Shown one piece after another: positions 29,663-39,052 of a DNA stretch of 49,177 nt (its first letter is position 1; each line of letters begins with the position of its first letter). The position numbers were made by a program, and so were the translations under genes. Location of the stretch: the NCBI GenBank assembly GCA_050014495.1, contig JBEKDF010000021.1, positions 1-49,177 on the forward strand, written 5' to 3'. The DNA comes from Candidatus Bathyarchaeia archaeon. Its GTDB lineage: Archaea; Thermoproteota; Bathyarchaeia; TCS64. Under the pieces are notes generated by a model. The model ran no database searches, was not told the DNA's origin, and was given only the letters and a program-made list of their open reading frames with translations.

Positions 29663-30733
29663 ACGGTCATCAAAGTAGCCATTGTCGGTGTTGGCAATTG
29701 CGCCTCCGCCCTAGTTCAGGGTGTTGAGTTCTATAAGAACGTCGAGAAGGACGAGGACATACCAGGCGTCATGCACGCCTACTTCGGAGACTATCACATA
29801 CGGGACGTAAAGTTTGTTGCTGCATTCGAAGTTAACAAGGAGAAGATAGGAAAGGACCTCGCGGATGCCATTTGGGCTCATCCTAACTGCTGTGCAAAGT
29901 TCAGTGATGTTCCAAAGACTGGTGCTAAGGTCTACGCTGGTCCCATAAGCGATGGTGTAGCACCACATATGTACGAGGCCTTTCACGCCGACAACAGTAT
30001 CGAGGCTGTCGATGTCACCCAGATACTGAAAGAGACGGACGCTGACATGCTCGTCAACTACCTCCCCGTTGGAAGCGCAAAGGGCACACAGATCTACGCT
30101 CAGGCTGCCTTAGACGCGAACTGTGCTTTCGTAAACTGTATTCCAGAGTTCATCTGCAGTGTTCCAGTTTGGGCGGAAAAATTCGAAAAGAAGAGCCTCC
30201 CAGTCGCAGGTGATGATATAAAGAGCCAAGTCGGTGCAACAATTGTCCACCGCGTTCTCGCGAAGCTATTTTATGACCGTGGCGTAAAGATTGACTCCAC
30301 TTACCAGCTAAACATCGGTGGAAACACCGATTTCTTAAACATGACCGTCGAGAACAGACTCAAGACGAAGCGCATCAGTAAGACGCAGGCTGTCCAGAGC
30401 CTCATTCCCTACGATGTCCCTACGAGAATAGGACCATCCGACTATGTCCCCTTCCTGCAGGATCACAAGGTCTGCTACATCAGGATTAATGGCAAGGCCT
30501 TCGGGAACCTCCCGTTGCTTTTAGATGCGAAACTCCTCGTCAATGATAGCCCAAACAGTGGGGGCGTCGTAATCGACGTCGTCAGGGCAGTTAAGATTGC
30601 ACTAGACCGTGGCATAGGCGGGCCACTACTCGGGATAAGTAGCTACAGCTTTAAACACCCACCACAACAGGTCCCAGATGACCAGGCGCATCAGTGGGTT
30701 GAGGACTTTATAGCGGGTAAGAGGGATCGTTAA
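29663..30733 (+). CDS. ino1: myo-inositol-1-phosphate synthase; start uncertain (ACG at 29663 proposed)
   Basis: In-frame IKVAIVGVGNCASALVQG upstream of the track start at 29771; NYLPVGS, GDDIKSQVGAT, NIGGNTDF, DSPNSGG. Confidence 0.9.
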   Translation, partial: TVIKVAIVGVGNCASALVQGVEFYKNVEKDEDIPGVMHAYFGDYHIRDVKFVAAFEVNKEKIGKDLADAIWAHPNCCAKFSDVPKTGAKVYAGPISDGVAPHMYEAFHADNSIEAVDVTQILKETDADMLVNYLPVGSAKGTQIYAQAALDANCAFVNCIPEFICSVPVWAEKFEKKSLPVAGDDIKSQVGATIVHRVLAKLFYDRGVKIDSTYQLNIGGNTDFLNMTVENRLKTKRISKTQAVQSLIPYDVPTRIGPSDYVPFLQDHKVCYIRINGKAFGNLPLLLDAKLLVNDSPNSGGVVIDVVRAVKIALDRGIGGPLLGISSYSFKHPPQQVPDDQAHQWVEDFIAGKRDR

Positions 30734-30806
30734 CCCTAAAATCTATACTGGTTCTATTTCCTCTCTGTTAAAGCACGCGATGGGCTTTTGTGATCTAAGA
30801 AATATT

Positions 30807-31307
30807 TTATTCATTAAACCAGAGGGCGAGCTCAGTCTTCGCTTCTTCCGGGTTACCTGACGCGTGTACAAGGTTCTCGCACGCCCTGTTCTCGGCATTG
30901 CTTCTAGCGATTGAGTCGACGCCGAAGTCGCCTCTTATGGTTCCCTTCTCCGCTGTCGTAGGGTCTGTGTATCCAGTTACCTTCCGTACCATCTTTATGG
31001 CGTCATCACCGCTGAACCTTATGGCTATGACGGGATTCCTGATGAAGTACTTTCTAAGTCTCTCTAAGACTTTTAAGCCATGGGCAACCGGGTCTCTGAT
31101 CTCTGGTGTGGCGAGTTGCGCTTTATTCCCAAGGCTCTCCGCCATAGAAGCGGGGTAATGTTTTCTCAAAAGCTCCTCATTCACTTTACGATAGTACTTG
31201 ATGTCGATAATCTTTAGGCCAGCTTTCTCGAATCTATCGATAATAGCCCCAACGAGGTTTCTCTCAAGGGCATCGGGTTTCAGAATGACGAGAGTTTCTT
31301 GATACAT
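30807..31307 (-). CDS. ndk: Nucleoside diphosphate kinase
   Basis: TLVILKPDA, GTIRGDF, NLVHAS catalytic His. Confidence 0.93.
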   Translation of the reverse strand: MYQETLVILKPDALERNLVGAIIDRFEKAGLKIIDIKYYRKVNEELLRKHYPASMAESLGNKAQLATPEIRDPVAHGLKVLERLRKYFIRNPVIAIRFSGDDAIKMVRKVTGYTDPTTAEKGTIRGDFGVDSIARSNAENRACENLVHASGNPEEAKTELALWFNE

Positions 31308-31423
31308 CTCTTCCCCGAATATTGCAAGATCAATACCCTATAACGCCTTCGCCATCAAGAGGCGAGTCAATAATAAGCGATAAACAATTTAATGACCTTG
31401 ACTCAGATTCTTTGGTGAACAAT

Positions 31424-31909
31424 TTGTCAGCAAAAGCACAGATACTAAAAGAACTCGCGGAGTACCACTTCAACTCGTTGGAGGAGACCCTAAAGGGACT
31501 CGACGAGAAGGAGGCAAGCTACAAACCAACAGAGGAGTCCAATAACATCGAGTGGATAGTTAATCACCTCTGCAGAATAAGTAACACAGCCATCCCGCGT
31601 ATACTCAAGGGAGACCCAAATTACAAGCCTATGGGGTGGCCCGATGACTATAAGGACAGGTCCTACAGCCTAACGAAGTATATGGAGGATCTCGCGACTG
31701 GTAAGAAGATTGTCCTCGATGGTATCGGAAAACTCACGGACACCCAGCTCGAGGAGGAGATCCCGCTTTGGGGCGGGACTAAGAAGAGAAAGGTCGGACT
31801 CTTCGCATACATAGGTGAGATAATTCATCACAAGGGGCAGATTGCCTACATTCGAGGAACTGTGAAGCGCTTCAAGGAGAAGGATCCCAACTTCCTCGAC
31901 AATTGCTAA
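31424..31909 (+). CDS. DinB/YfiT-superfamily protein (candidate thiol S-transferase), paralog 1
   Basis: The track labels it minus, but the translation reads on + (TTG CAA GAT CAA at 31322, TAA ending 31909). Motifs NNIEWIVNHL and EIIHHKGQI; GGTGA RBS before TTG 31424. Confidence 0.8.
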   Translation: MSAKAQILKELAEYHFNSLEETLKGLDEKEASYKPTEESNNIEWIVNHLCRISNTAIPRILKGDPNYKPMGWPDDYKDRSYSLTKYMEDLATGKKIVLDGIGKLTDTQLEEEIPLWGGTKKRKVGLFAYIGEIIHHKGQIAYIRGTVKRFKEKDPNFLDNC

Positions 31910-32290
31910 ATGGTGTCTGAAACGTGCATAAATACGTAGTAATATCTAATGTTTTCTTTAGAAGATTGTTATAATATCTAAAAACCTTTAGTGATAAAAC
32001 AATTTGATCTTAAGAATTCACCTGCTCCAAACGGATACGACCAAATTACTCTTCAATACCGATAATATCAGTAAGTTTAAGCTCTTTTACCAAACAGACC
32101 GATATTTCTGCCCGAATGGATACTGATATACTGATCACGCGGGTATAGGCCAGAAGAATACGTTAGGGAAAAAGGGATTAGTTAATGAATCTTACAGATA
32201 AAAATGCGCGCGCGGGGGGTTCATCCAGGCTCTTAATACCTACGCATATCGGGGGAGGAAGCAGTTGAATGAATATAGTAGACATATAAC

Positions 32291-32674
32291 CTAAGTGAGT
32301 GAAATCGGGTAAGTGAACAAAGCAAGCGCAACGACTTCAATAAATAGAAATACGCCACACAAGACAAATGCGAGAAAACTCCTCTCAGCAGTCGGCGATT
32401 CCTCTTCATCCTTCACACCACCCGAAGGTCGCCTAAAGTAAGAGGTAATAGCCGAAGCCCACTTCTCGGTCCACGTAAACTGGTTAGCACTTCCGAAGAG
32501 CAAAGCGATAAAAGCCTCAACGCCTGTGATGTCGCCAAAATATCCGTTTATCTCGCTGATTGAGAGACCTCTAGGGAAAAAAGTCGATAAAATTACGCTA
32601 AAGATAACGGTGATAACGTTCAAGATAATTGTGAGTCGAATGGATCTTATTATTATCTGCTTTACAGTAAGCAA
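32291..32674 (-). CDS. Small membrane protein (about 3 TM)
   Basis: Three hydrophobic segments; 6 nt downstream of the preceding membrane gene. Confidence 0.6.
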   Translation of the reverse strand: MLTVKQIIIRSIRLTIILNVITVIFSVILSTFFPRGLSISEINGYFGDITGVEAFIALLFGSANQFTWTEKWASAITSYFRRPSGGVKDEEESPTAERSFLAFVLCGVFLFIEVVALALFTYPISLT

Positions 32675-32680
32675 ATTACT

Positions 32681-33784
32681 TCACTTCGTGCTCGCGCTTA
32701 AATTGGAAGCTTTGTGAGAAGCGGGGTAACATAGAGAAAAGTCCTGAACACCATCCGAGGTAATTGTTGACCGTGACTTTGAAACTTTAATCTCCGGAGT
32801 ATCGTGGACGTTCTCCCCGATTTTGAATCTCATGGGTAATAACGCGGCAACTATTATCCCAAGGTATAGAGCGTAGTTCAATATTGCGAAAATGTTCCAT
32901 GAAAACAGGGCACTTAAATTCCCATTTAGAATGAAACGTCCTAGACCAAGAGAGGACAGTGCCCAGAGAACGATTATGCCGCGAACGTATTTAGGCAAAG
33001 ACAATTCGATGCTATGGGTTCTTCGCAGATTACGATATACCCTGAAACAGAAAATGCCAGCGACCAGATAGACGAACGTATCAAGAAATTGGCCCGTTAC
33101 AAGACCAATGTTCACCAGGTTCTCCCAATCTGGAAAAATGAAAATTTGCTGTGTCGATCTCATGATTGAAATTGGTCGCAGAAAGATCATCCATGGAAGT
33201 ACCATAGAGGCGACGAACACTACTGATAGAAGTATGAACATATTCCTGCTGAGCACGTTCCTGTTAGACAGTAGTTTATAGGCCATATAGAGTAAGAAGA
33301 TCGCCTGGACGATGCCGAGCAGTCCCAGACTATACCACCAATCTAGTACGTACATTCCCCAATCGGTGAGGATGTTCGTTAACCCAACGGGTAAGAGGAG
33401 CCAGTACATGGCCTCTGTGATGAGTAGTGCGGAGAGTTCTATCCTGTGTCTCCTCAGGATTCTTCTTGAGACGATGAAGTCGGCGAGCAATACGATTAGT
33501 ATCGCTGCTGATGCAGCTTGGGCTACGAGTGTGAGAAGATACCCAATGAGCTGAGGGTCGGTTAAACCGAGGGAGAGGAGTAGCCTGACCTGGCTCAGAT
33601 TGGAGGGGATCTGTATTTGGCTGGCATATAGGTTGATGGCTCCCCATGCTCCTAGGAGGGTCAGTATGGCCACTTTGCCGATTGTTGAGAGGGATGTTAG
33701 GGGATTCGGTGTTGTCTGCGGTGTGTTAGAATTGTACCTCGGGCACCATCCGAAGTATGTGTTGAGGATCTCGAAGAAGATCAT
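32681..33784 (-). CDS. Polytopic membrane protein with N-terminal GWCP motif (DUF1673-like N-terminus)
   Basis: YFGWCP at the N-terminus, many hydrophobic helices; TAATG overlap with the upstream HTH gene. Confidence 0.7.
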   Translation of the reverse strand: MIFFEILNTYFGWCPRYNSNTPQTTPNPLTSLSTIGKVAILTLLGAWGAINLYASQIQIPSNLSQVRLLLSLGLTDPQLIGYLLTLVAQAASAAILIVLLADFIVSRRILRRHRIELSALLITEAMYWLLLPVGLTNILTDWGMYVLDWWYSLGLLGIVQAIFLLYMAYKLLSNRNVLSRNMFILLSVVFVASMVLPWMIFLRPISIMRSTQQIFIFPDWENLVNIGLVTGQFLDTFVYLVAGIFCFRVYRNLRRTHSIELSLPKYVRGIIVLWALSSLGLGRFILNGNLSALFSWNIFAILNYALYLGIIVAALLPMRFKIGENVHDTPEIKVSKSRSTITSDGVQDFSLCYPASHKASNLSASTK

Positions 33785-34248
33785 TAACCCAACTCCGGTA
33801 TTAGTCTTGAGAAAATGATGTGCGCAAGTTTCGACGGCGAAAACGCTCTCTGTTCCAAGCTGATCTCGACGTCCCTCTCCTTCGCCTCGTCGATTAAGCG
33901 CTCAGTGCAACGTTTGGCATATCTACAATCACCGCAGTTGGGCTCCTCAAAGTGCCATGTCTGGATACCATGCTTTCGTGAGAACGTTATTATCACTTTG
34001 CTCGAGTCTATCGGCATCTGACCGAGAAGTATGCCATTCTTCGTGTCTACCCTGATGATCTCTATCGAGCTTGCATCAGCAGTCTGCCTGAGTGCAGCAT
34101 CAACCTTCACCATCGAGATCTTCAGAGCATCGTAGACCGCCTGCCTAGTGAAACCAAACCGTTCACCTATCTTGGATCGTGGCTCGTCTCTCCGGTTCAT
34201 ATCCCATATGTCGAGCTGTCGGCTTGTCAGATAGGCAGAGGATATCAT
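33784..34248 (-). CDS. HTH DNA-binding protein (sigma-70 region-4-like) with C-terminal Cys cluster
   Basis: LTSRQLDIW...SKIGERFGFTRQAVY HTH; WH...CGDC-x5-C. Confidence 0.75.
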   Translation of the reverse strand: MISSAYLTSRQLDIWDMNRRDEPRSKIGERFGFTRQAVYDALKISMVKVDAALRQTADASSIEIIRVDTKNGILLGQMPIDSSKVIITFSRKHGIQTWHFEEPNCGDCRYAKRCTERLIDEAKERDVEISLEQRAFSPSKLAHIIFSRLIPELG

Positions 34249-34464
34249 AAAGTTCTACGTGAATATAACGTGTAAAGTATAAAGACTTTACTAAATAATG
34301 ATTCTGCGTGCGAAGACCCCTGTGTCCACCCTTGCCAGTTGTTTCTGTAAGAGAATACATGTGAAAAAATAAATGCGCGTATATTTCCATTAATATTGTA
34401 TACACAATAACTTACTCTGTTTACAATAAATAGAAATTGTATACACAGAGTTAAGTGCCATATT

Positions 34465-35127
34465 ATGAGATTAAATATTGATGAAAATAATTTGAAGCGA
34501 TTAATCATCATCGCCACCTTCTTATTCATCATAACAGCCTGTACTTTGACCGCTTTCCTTCCCTCTACTCATGCTCAGCTAGCTCCAGCTACTAATTCGA
34601 CAGTGGCTGCCCAAACCGGTTCGCCTACGCAACTATCCCTAAGGTACATAGAATTTTCCTCCGACATATTCTTCGTTGGGGAACCCATCACGATGCGTGT
34701 GGGGCCGATAAGGTCTAACCAGACTGGGGAATACAGTGCTACAGCTGTAATCACGCCTCAGATAGGAGGTGTTGAGCCCTTCTACGAGAGCTATGCCTTA
34801 TACAGTGCAGACTCAAACTGGTTTACCTTCAATTTCGTTTTGGGGGAAGCGGGTAACTACTTAATCACGGTCTGGCAGGGCGGCGTAAAGCAGCTGACCC
34901 GCGAGATATCCGTGTATCCACTCTCATCTACATCTACCGGTGGGGGTCCCGCTAATCCTGATACGTCTGTTGAGATTGCGCGAACTGCTGCGGAGGCGGC
35001 TGGGGCGGCCCAGGCACAATCAGAGTCCCCAGGAATTTCATCTCAAATAGACGTCCAATGGGTCTTCATCCTGTTAATCATAGTCGCAAGCTCAATCTGG
35101 TTTCTAAACACAATAGTCAAAAGTTAG
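34465..35127 (+). CDS. Secreted/membrane-anchored hypothetical protein
   Basis: Signal-like N-terminus (..THA/Q), beta-rich middle, Ser/Thr/Ala linker, C-terminal TM helix. Confidence 0.65.
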   Translation: MRLNIDENNLKRLIIIATFLFIITACTLTAFLPSTHAQLAPATNSTVAAQTGSPTQLSLRYIEFSSDIFFVGEPITMRVGPIRSNQTGEYSATAVITPQIGGVEPFYESYALYSADSNWFTFNFVLGEAGNYLITVWQGGVKQLTREISVYPLSSTSTGGGPANPDTSVEIARTAAEAAGAAQAQSESPGISSQIDVQWVFILLIIVASSIWFLNTIVKS

Positions 35128-35421
35128 AAAACAACTTCGTGCGCTGGGTAATCAACTAGAATGGGATAGCGCACCGACCAGACCAGCCTGAGCCTCACTG
35201 GCGCGATCGTATGCGCGCGCATTGTGAATATTCTGGGGAGTTTACTGGGATTCTGACCCGTAGTCGGCGAAGACTTACTCCCCAGAGGGACGCGCGCGCC
35301 CGTGATACTGGCTGTAAAACGATAAGATCAATCAATCGAGTTCACGAGTAGCACTCAGGTGGAACCGAGGATAAGGCTATGGCCCCAAACCCAAAATACA
35401 TCTTTAATATTAAAGTAAACT

Positions 35422-35595
35422 ATGGGTCTAGGCAGAACTTTCTTAGGCATATTATTATGCCTATTTGGACTCCTTTTTTTATTTAATGGCCTATTTAGTG
35501 GTTTTACCATGAATTATGTTACAGGGCTAATACTCGGAGTGATTGTGATGGCTGGTGGAATTAGATTGATTAAAAGTAGCAAAAATGCAGATTGA
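35422..35595 (+). CDS. 57-aa two-TM small membrane protein (below the track cutoff)
   Basis: MGLGRTFLGILLCLFGLLFLFNGLFSGFTMNYVTGLILGVIVMAGGIRLIKSSKNAD; AT-rich TTTAATATTAAA element just upstream. Confidence 0.5.
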   Translation: MGLGRTFLGILLCLFGLLFLFNGLFSGFTMNYVTGLILGVIVMAGGIRLIKSSKNAD

Positions 35596-36534
35596 ACATT
35601 CACTCGGCTGCCTCCTGTCCTGATGTGCCTAGGTTTTAAGAGGCTGAACTAAACCGTGATGCTTTGAGGTTGGGTTTACTCTCACCCTGAGCCTCATCTG
35701 ATGAGGCGGTGATATTGGCGCATAAAGAGGTAGGGTGGAGCGAGGGTGAGGCCGTGAGGCCCCACGACATCTACGCGTGCTATAATTGCGAGTTGAATAA
35801 AATCACCCCTTGTAGATATCTGAGGCGTGCTAAATACATGAGCAACCTAGACCAATGGACTAAATGCCCACGCATGAAGTAGCGCATATTCACATATCCC
35901 GTGTTGGGTAATGCTTCTTAGTCCCGCGAACGTCCTTCAATGCATCTCGTAGTTTATTGTCCCGCTTCTCGGATTCGGTAAATAGCCTGTAACCCTTCTT
36001 CTCCTCTTTCATCTTCATTGACTTGTCTACTCCACTAATCTACTTGGGAAGCGGGGTTAAAGAACCCCAAAATCCCTAATATATACGGTATGCACGTGCA
36101 CGGGCTCCCATCCTCATGAGGTAAAGTGGAAACACTGTCCAATGTTCATAATTATGAAAATCTTCGAATCTTCCCCTGTCAGGTTTCAGATACTCTGAAA
36201 AACTAAAGGACCATTTTCACCCGCTGCTCCTCTTAGGTCCTGAACCTATAATAGCCACGCACGCGTAGATATCATGAAAGAGTGAATTGAAAGTATGCCC
36301 ACGAATAGAATGACGAAGAAGAAGGATCATGATAGAAAAGCCCATAAGAAGGAATTGAAGGGGGATAGGCTCCGACGCGCGCCCAAAAAGATCGAAGATG
36401 CCCCGATAAAAGCTTAATTTTTTAAGGATCACATTTTAAACCGTTATGCGCGCGCACAACCGCCAAATGTCCTAGCTCATGTAGTGGTATAAGCAGGATG
36501 AAGAGGGCGAAGTATCCCAGCCACCACATTCGGC

Positions 36535-37249
36535 TCATGCATTCACCGCCTGATCTCTGAGTAGTTCAGCGAGCTTTTTCTGACGAGCTTGGTATTGTGA
36601 TAGGTCGAAGTTCACTGGGACATGGACGGGCTCGCTTAAGTCCTCAACCGGAACCAATGGGCGTGACTCTACAATCATCTCGCGGATGGACTCAATCCAC
36701 TTAGCTTGTTCAGATTGTAGTACTTGGATAAACTGGTCGTGGTCGGTCTTGATCTGGCCTCTGACCTCTTCAAGCTCATTTTCCAGTTTATCTGTCCTGA
36801 CAGTCATGCTTCGAATAACTATATCCATGTCATTGTTCTGCTTCTCGACTTTCTCTCTAAGATCAATGACTGTCCTGCTGCCCTTATGGATGCTCAAGAA
36901 CTTCTCTGCGTACTGGAGCTCTTCTTCGACCTGCCTTCGACTGAGATGCTTTCTTCTGTGACTCTAGGTAGTTTCGGAAAGAGGTGAGATCTGAGAGGTA
37001 GTCCCTGCTCTCTGTCAGGTATCTAACGCTGGCCTCTTGTAGCACTTCTTCAACCTCCTCGGTGTAATCTAGATACTTCTTGCCATTCCTCAACCGTTCA
37101 AGTTCAGGGTATATGAAAATGAGGTAGGATGTAAGTGCAGTTCGGTAGGTGAGTAAAGAGTTTCTCTTATAGTGTGAGAGATATTTATTGTAGCCTATAA
37201 CCACATCATTTGTCTTGACCGAATTATCATAATGTGCCTGAGTGGTCAT
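36535..37249 (-). pseudogene. Probable tyrosine integrase remnant: N-terminal SAM-like domain joined out of frame to the post-catalytic helix and coiled-coil tail, catalytic core absent
   Basis: ORF 36884-37249 has S..TYRTAL..YL..I and DL..F..YL patterns; the alternative frame reads RQVEEELQYAEKFLSI into a coiled coil; no R-K-HxxR-H-Y residues. Confidence 0.55.
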
Positions 37250-37357
37250 ATATTAATGAGATTTGGAGCAGATATAAATATTATCTAAAGAAAGATTTTT
37301 TTAGGTAGTATTATATATTCATTAAAACTGATTTTAGAGTGGAATTCTGGTGGTTAG

Positions 37358-37816
37358 ATGACAGTAAAGACGAAGATGATAAAGGACTTTGCACAAATCG
37401 GGTTCGATAGACTCGGTGGCGCCACAAAAAACCTCACGCCCGAGCAGCTAGATTGGAAGAGTTGCACTCAGGCCAATACGATTAGGTGGATACTCACCCA
37501 CTTGAGTGAGGAGCTGAATGTTTCTCTCCCAAAGTTCTTGGGTGTAGAGCAGCCGAAAGATTGGCCTAAGGATTACGTTGGTAACCCTAAGTACAAAATG
37601 GAGAAAATCATGGCCGACATCGAGAAGGGTCATAGGAAGCTAAACGCCGGTCTCAACAAGCTGACGAACGACAAGCTCGATGAGCCTGTGGAGGCTTGGG
37701 CGGGAAAGAAGCCGCGCGAGTTCTATGTGATGCTCATGGTAAGTGAGATCGTTCACCATGAGGGACAGATAGCTGCCATCCTCGGCGTGGAAAAGAGGAT
37801 AAAGGGTACAAAGTAA
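37358..37816 (+). CDS. DinB/YfiT-superfamily protein (candidate bacillithiol S-transferase), paralog 2
   Basis: LTPEQLDWK, NTIRWILTHL, EIVHHEGQI; directly upstream of bshA. Confidence 0.8.
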   Translation: MTVKTKMIKDFAQIGFDRLGGATKNLTPEQLDWKSCTQANTIRWILTHLSEELNVSLPKFLGVEQPKDWPKDYVGNPKYKMEKIMADIEKGHRKLNAGLNKLTNDKLDEPVEAWAGKKPREFYVMLMVSEIVHHEGQIAAILGVEKRIKGTK

Positions 37817-37873
37817 TCGTTTACACTTTTATTCTACCTTTCTAAACACCCTATCTGTTGGGGGTTTACTTAC

Positions 37874-38989
37874 ATGAAGATTGGAATAAGTTGTTATCCT
37901 GGAGTCGGCGGTAGTGGTATACTCGCAACACGCCTTGGTGTTGAGTTCGCCAAGCGGGGCCACGATGTCCATTTCATAACATATGAGCGCCCATTTGCTG
38001 TCCAAGGGATAGATCAGGAGAACGTCCATGTTCATCTAGTCAACGTTCTTGAATACCCTCTTTTCAAGTACCCCCCGTATACGGTAGCCCTAGGATCTGA
38101 AATGGCAAGGGTGTCAGAAAATGAAAATTTAGATGTTCTCAACGTCCACTACGCTATCCCTCATGCAACGGCAGCCTTTCTTGCTCGAGAAATAACCGGG
38201 GTACCCTATGTGGTCACTCTTCACGGAAGCGACGTAACGATACTCGGGAGCGACCCGAGCTACAAGATCGTTAACAATTACAGCGTAGAGAAAGCTGATG
38301 CTGTCACAGCAGTTTCAAAGTTCATGCAGAGGGAGGCGTATGAGAGGTTAGGTATCGAGCGGGGGGTTGATGTAATACCGAATTTCGTCGACACTGAAAC
38401 CTTTACCCCGGCTCCTTGCGAGTCGGTCGAGGTTAATGATAGCGAGTGCGGTGGCATTATTCATGTGAGCAATTTTCGACCTGTGAAGCGTGTGACTGAT
38501 CTTGTTTACGCGATGGCGATAGTGACGAAGGATGAACCCAACGCTAAACTTACGCTTGTAGGTGATGGTCCCGACAGGCATAATGTCGAGAAATTAATAG
38601 ATACTCTTGGGCTCCATAGAAATGTTATTCTTACTGGGTTTAGGAGCGACATACCAAACTTAATGCGCTGTAGCGACATCGGTGTCCTCTGCTCCGAGAC
38701 TGAGAGTGCTCCACTGACTCTTCTCGAAGGGATGAGCACGGGGCTTCCCATGATTGCAACAAAGGTCGGTGGCGTTCTAGAGATCGTTGAGGATGGTGAG
38801 AACGGGCTTCTCGTGCCACCGAGACACCCTGAGGAGATCGCCAAAGCAATCCTTCGCCTCATAAGAGATCCAAAGCTTAGGCGCGATCTTGGCGAGAGGG
38901 CCCGTAAGATCGTGCTAGAGAGATACACTGCGGAGAAGGTCGTCAATCAGTACATCGAGATATTCGAAAAGGTTATGCGAAAACCCTAA
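37874..38989 (+). CDS. bshA: N-acetyl-alpha-D-glucosaminyl L-malate synthase (GT4)
   Basis: MKIGISCYPGVGGSG..AT.LG, YPLFKYPPY..AL, VHYAIPHA, TLHGSDVT, HVSNFRPVKRV are BshA-specific signatures rather than generic GT4 motifs. Confidence 0.9.
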   Translation: MKIGISCYPGVGGSGILATRLGVEFAKRGHDVHFITYERPFAVQGIDQENVHVHLVNVLEYPLFKYPPYTVALGSEMARVSENENLDVLNVHYAIPHATAAFLAREITGVPYVVTLHGSDVTILGSDPSYKIVNNYSVEKADAVTAVSKFMQREAYERLGIERGVDVIPNFVDTETFTPAPCESVEVNDSECGGIIHVSNFRPVKRVTDLVYAMAIVTKDEPNAKLTLVGDGPDRHNVEKLIDTLGLHRNVILTGFRSDIPNLMRCSDIGVLCSETESAPLTLLEGMSTGLPMIATKVGGVLEIVEDGENGLLVPPRHPEEIAKAILRLIRDPKLRRDLGERARKIVLERYTAEKVVNQYIEIFEKVMRKP

Positions 38990-39052
38990 ATAACTTAGAG
39001 GTCGCGCGCGCTACGCTCGCATGAAAGTGGACGAAAGTCTTATTCTCATTTC

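Noticed and set aside
31322..31909. ORF track lists this ORF on the minus strand
   Set aside because: The listed protein (MQDQYP...FLDNC) is read directly from the + strand (TTG at 31322, TAA ending 31909), so the strand label is wrong; annotated as +
35681..35750. CTGATGAG inside a GCCTCATC-T-GATGAGGC inverted repeat, resembling a hammerhead ribozyme core or C box
   Set aside because: No stem II followed by GAAA and no suitably spaced D box; only a short palindrome is supported
37262..37292. AGATATAA...TATCTAAA resembling an archaeal dif/Xer site, plus a 10-bp inverted match (37262-37271 vs 32022-32031)
   Set aside because: Arm spacing does not fit 11-6-11, it is better explained as the TATA box of the minus-strand ORF, and a 10-bp match can arise by chance
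29663..38989. Mycothiol pathway (ino1 + GT4 + PIG-L deacetylase)
   Set aside because: The glycosyltransferase has BshA rather than MshA signatures, the ligase is BshC-like rather than CysRS-like MshC, and ino1 is explained by archaeal inositol lipids or solutes
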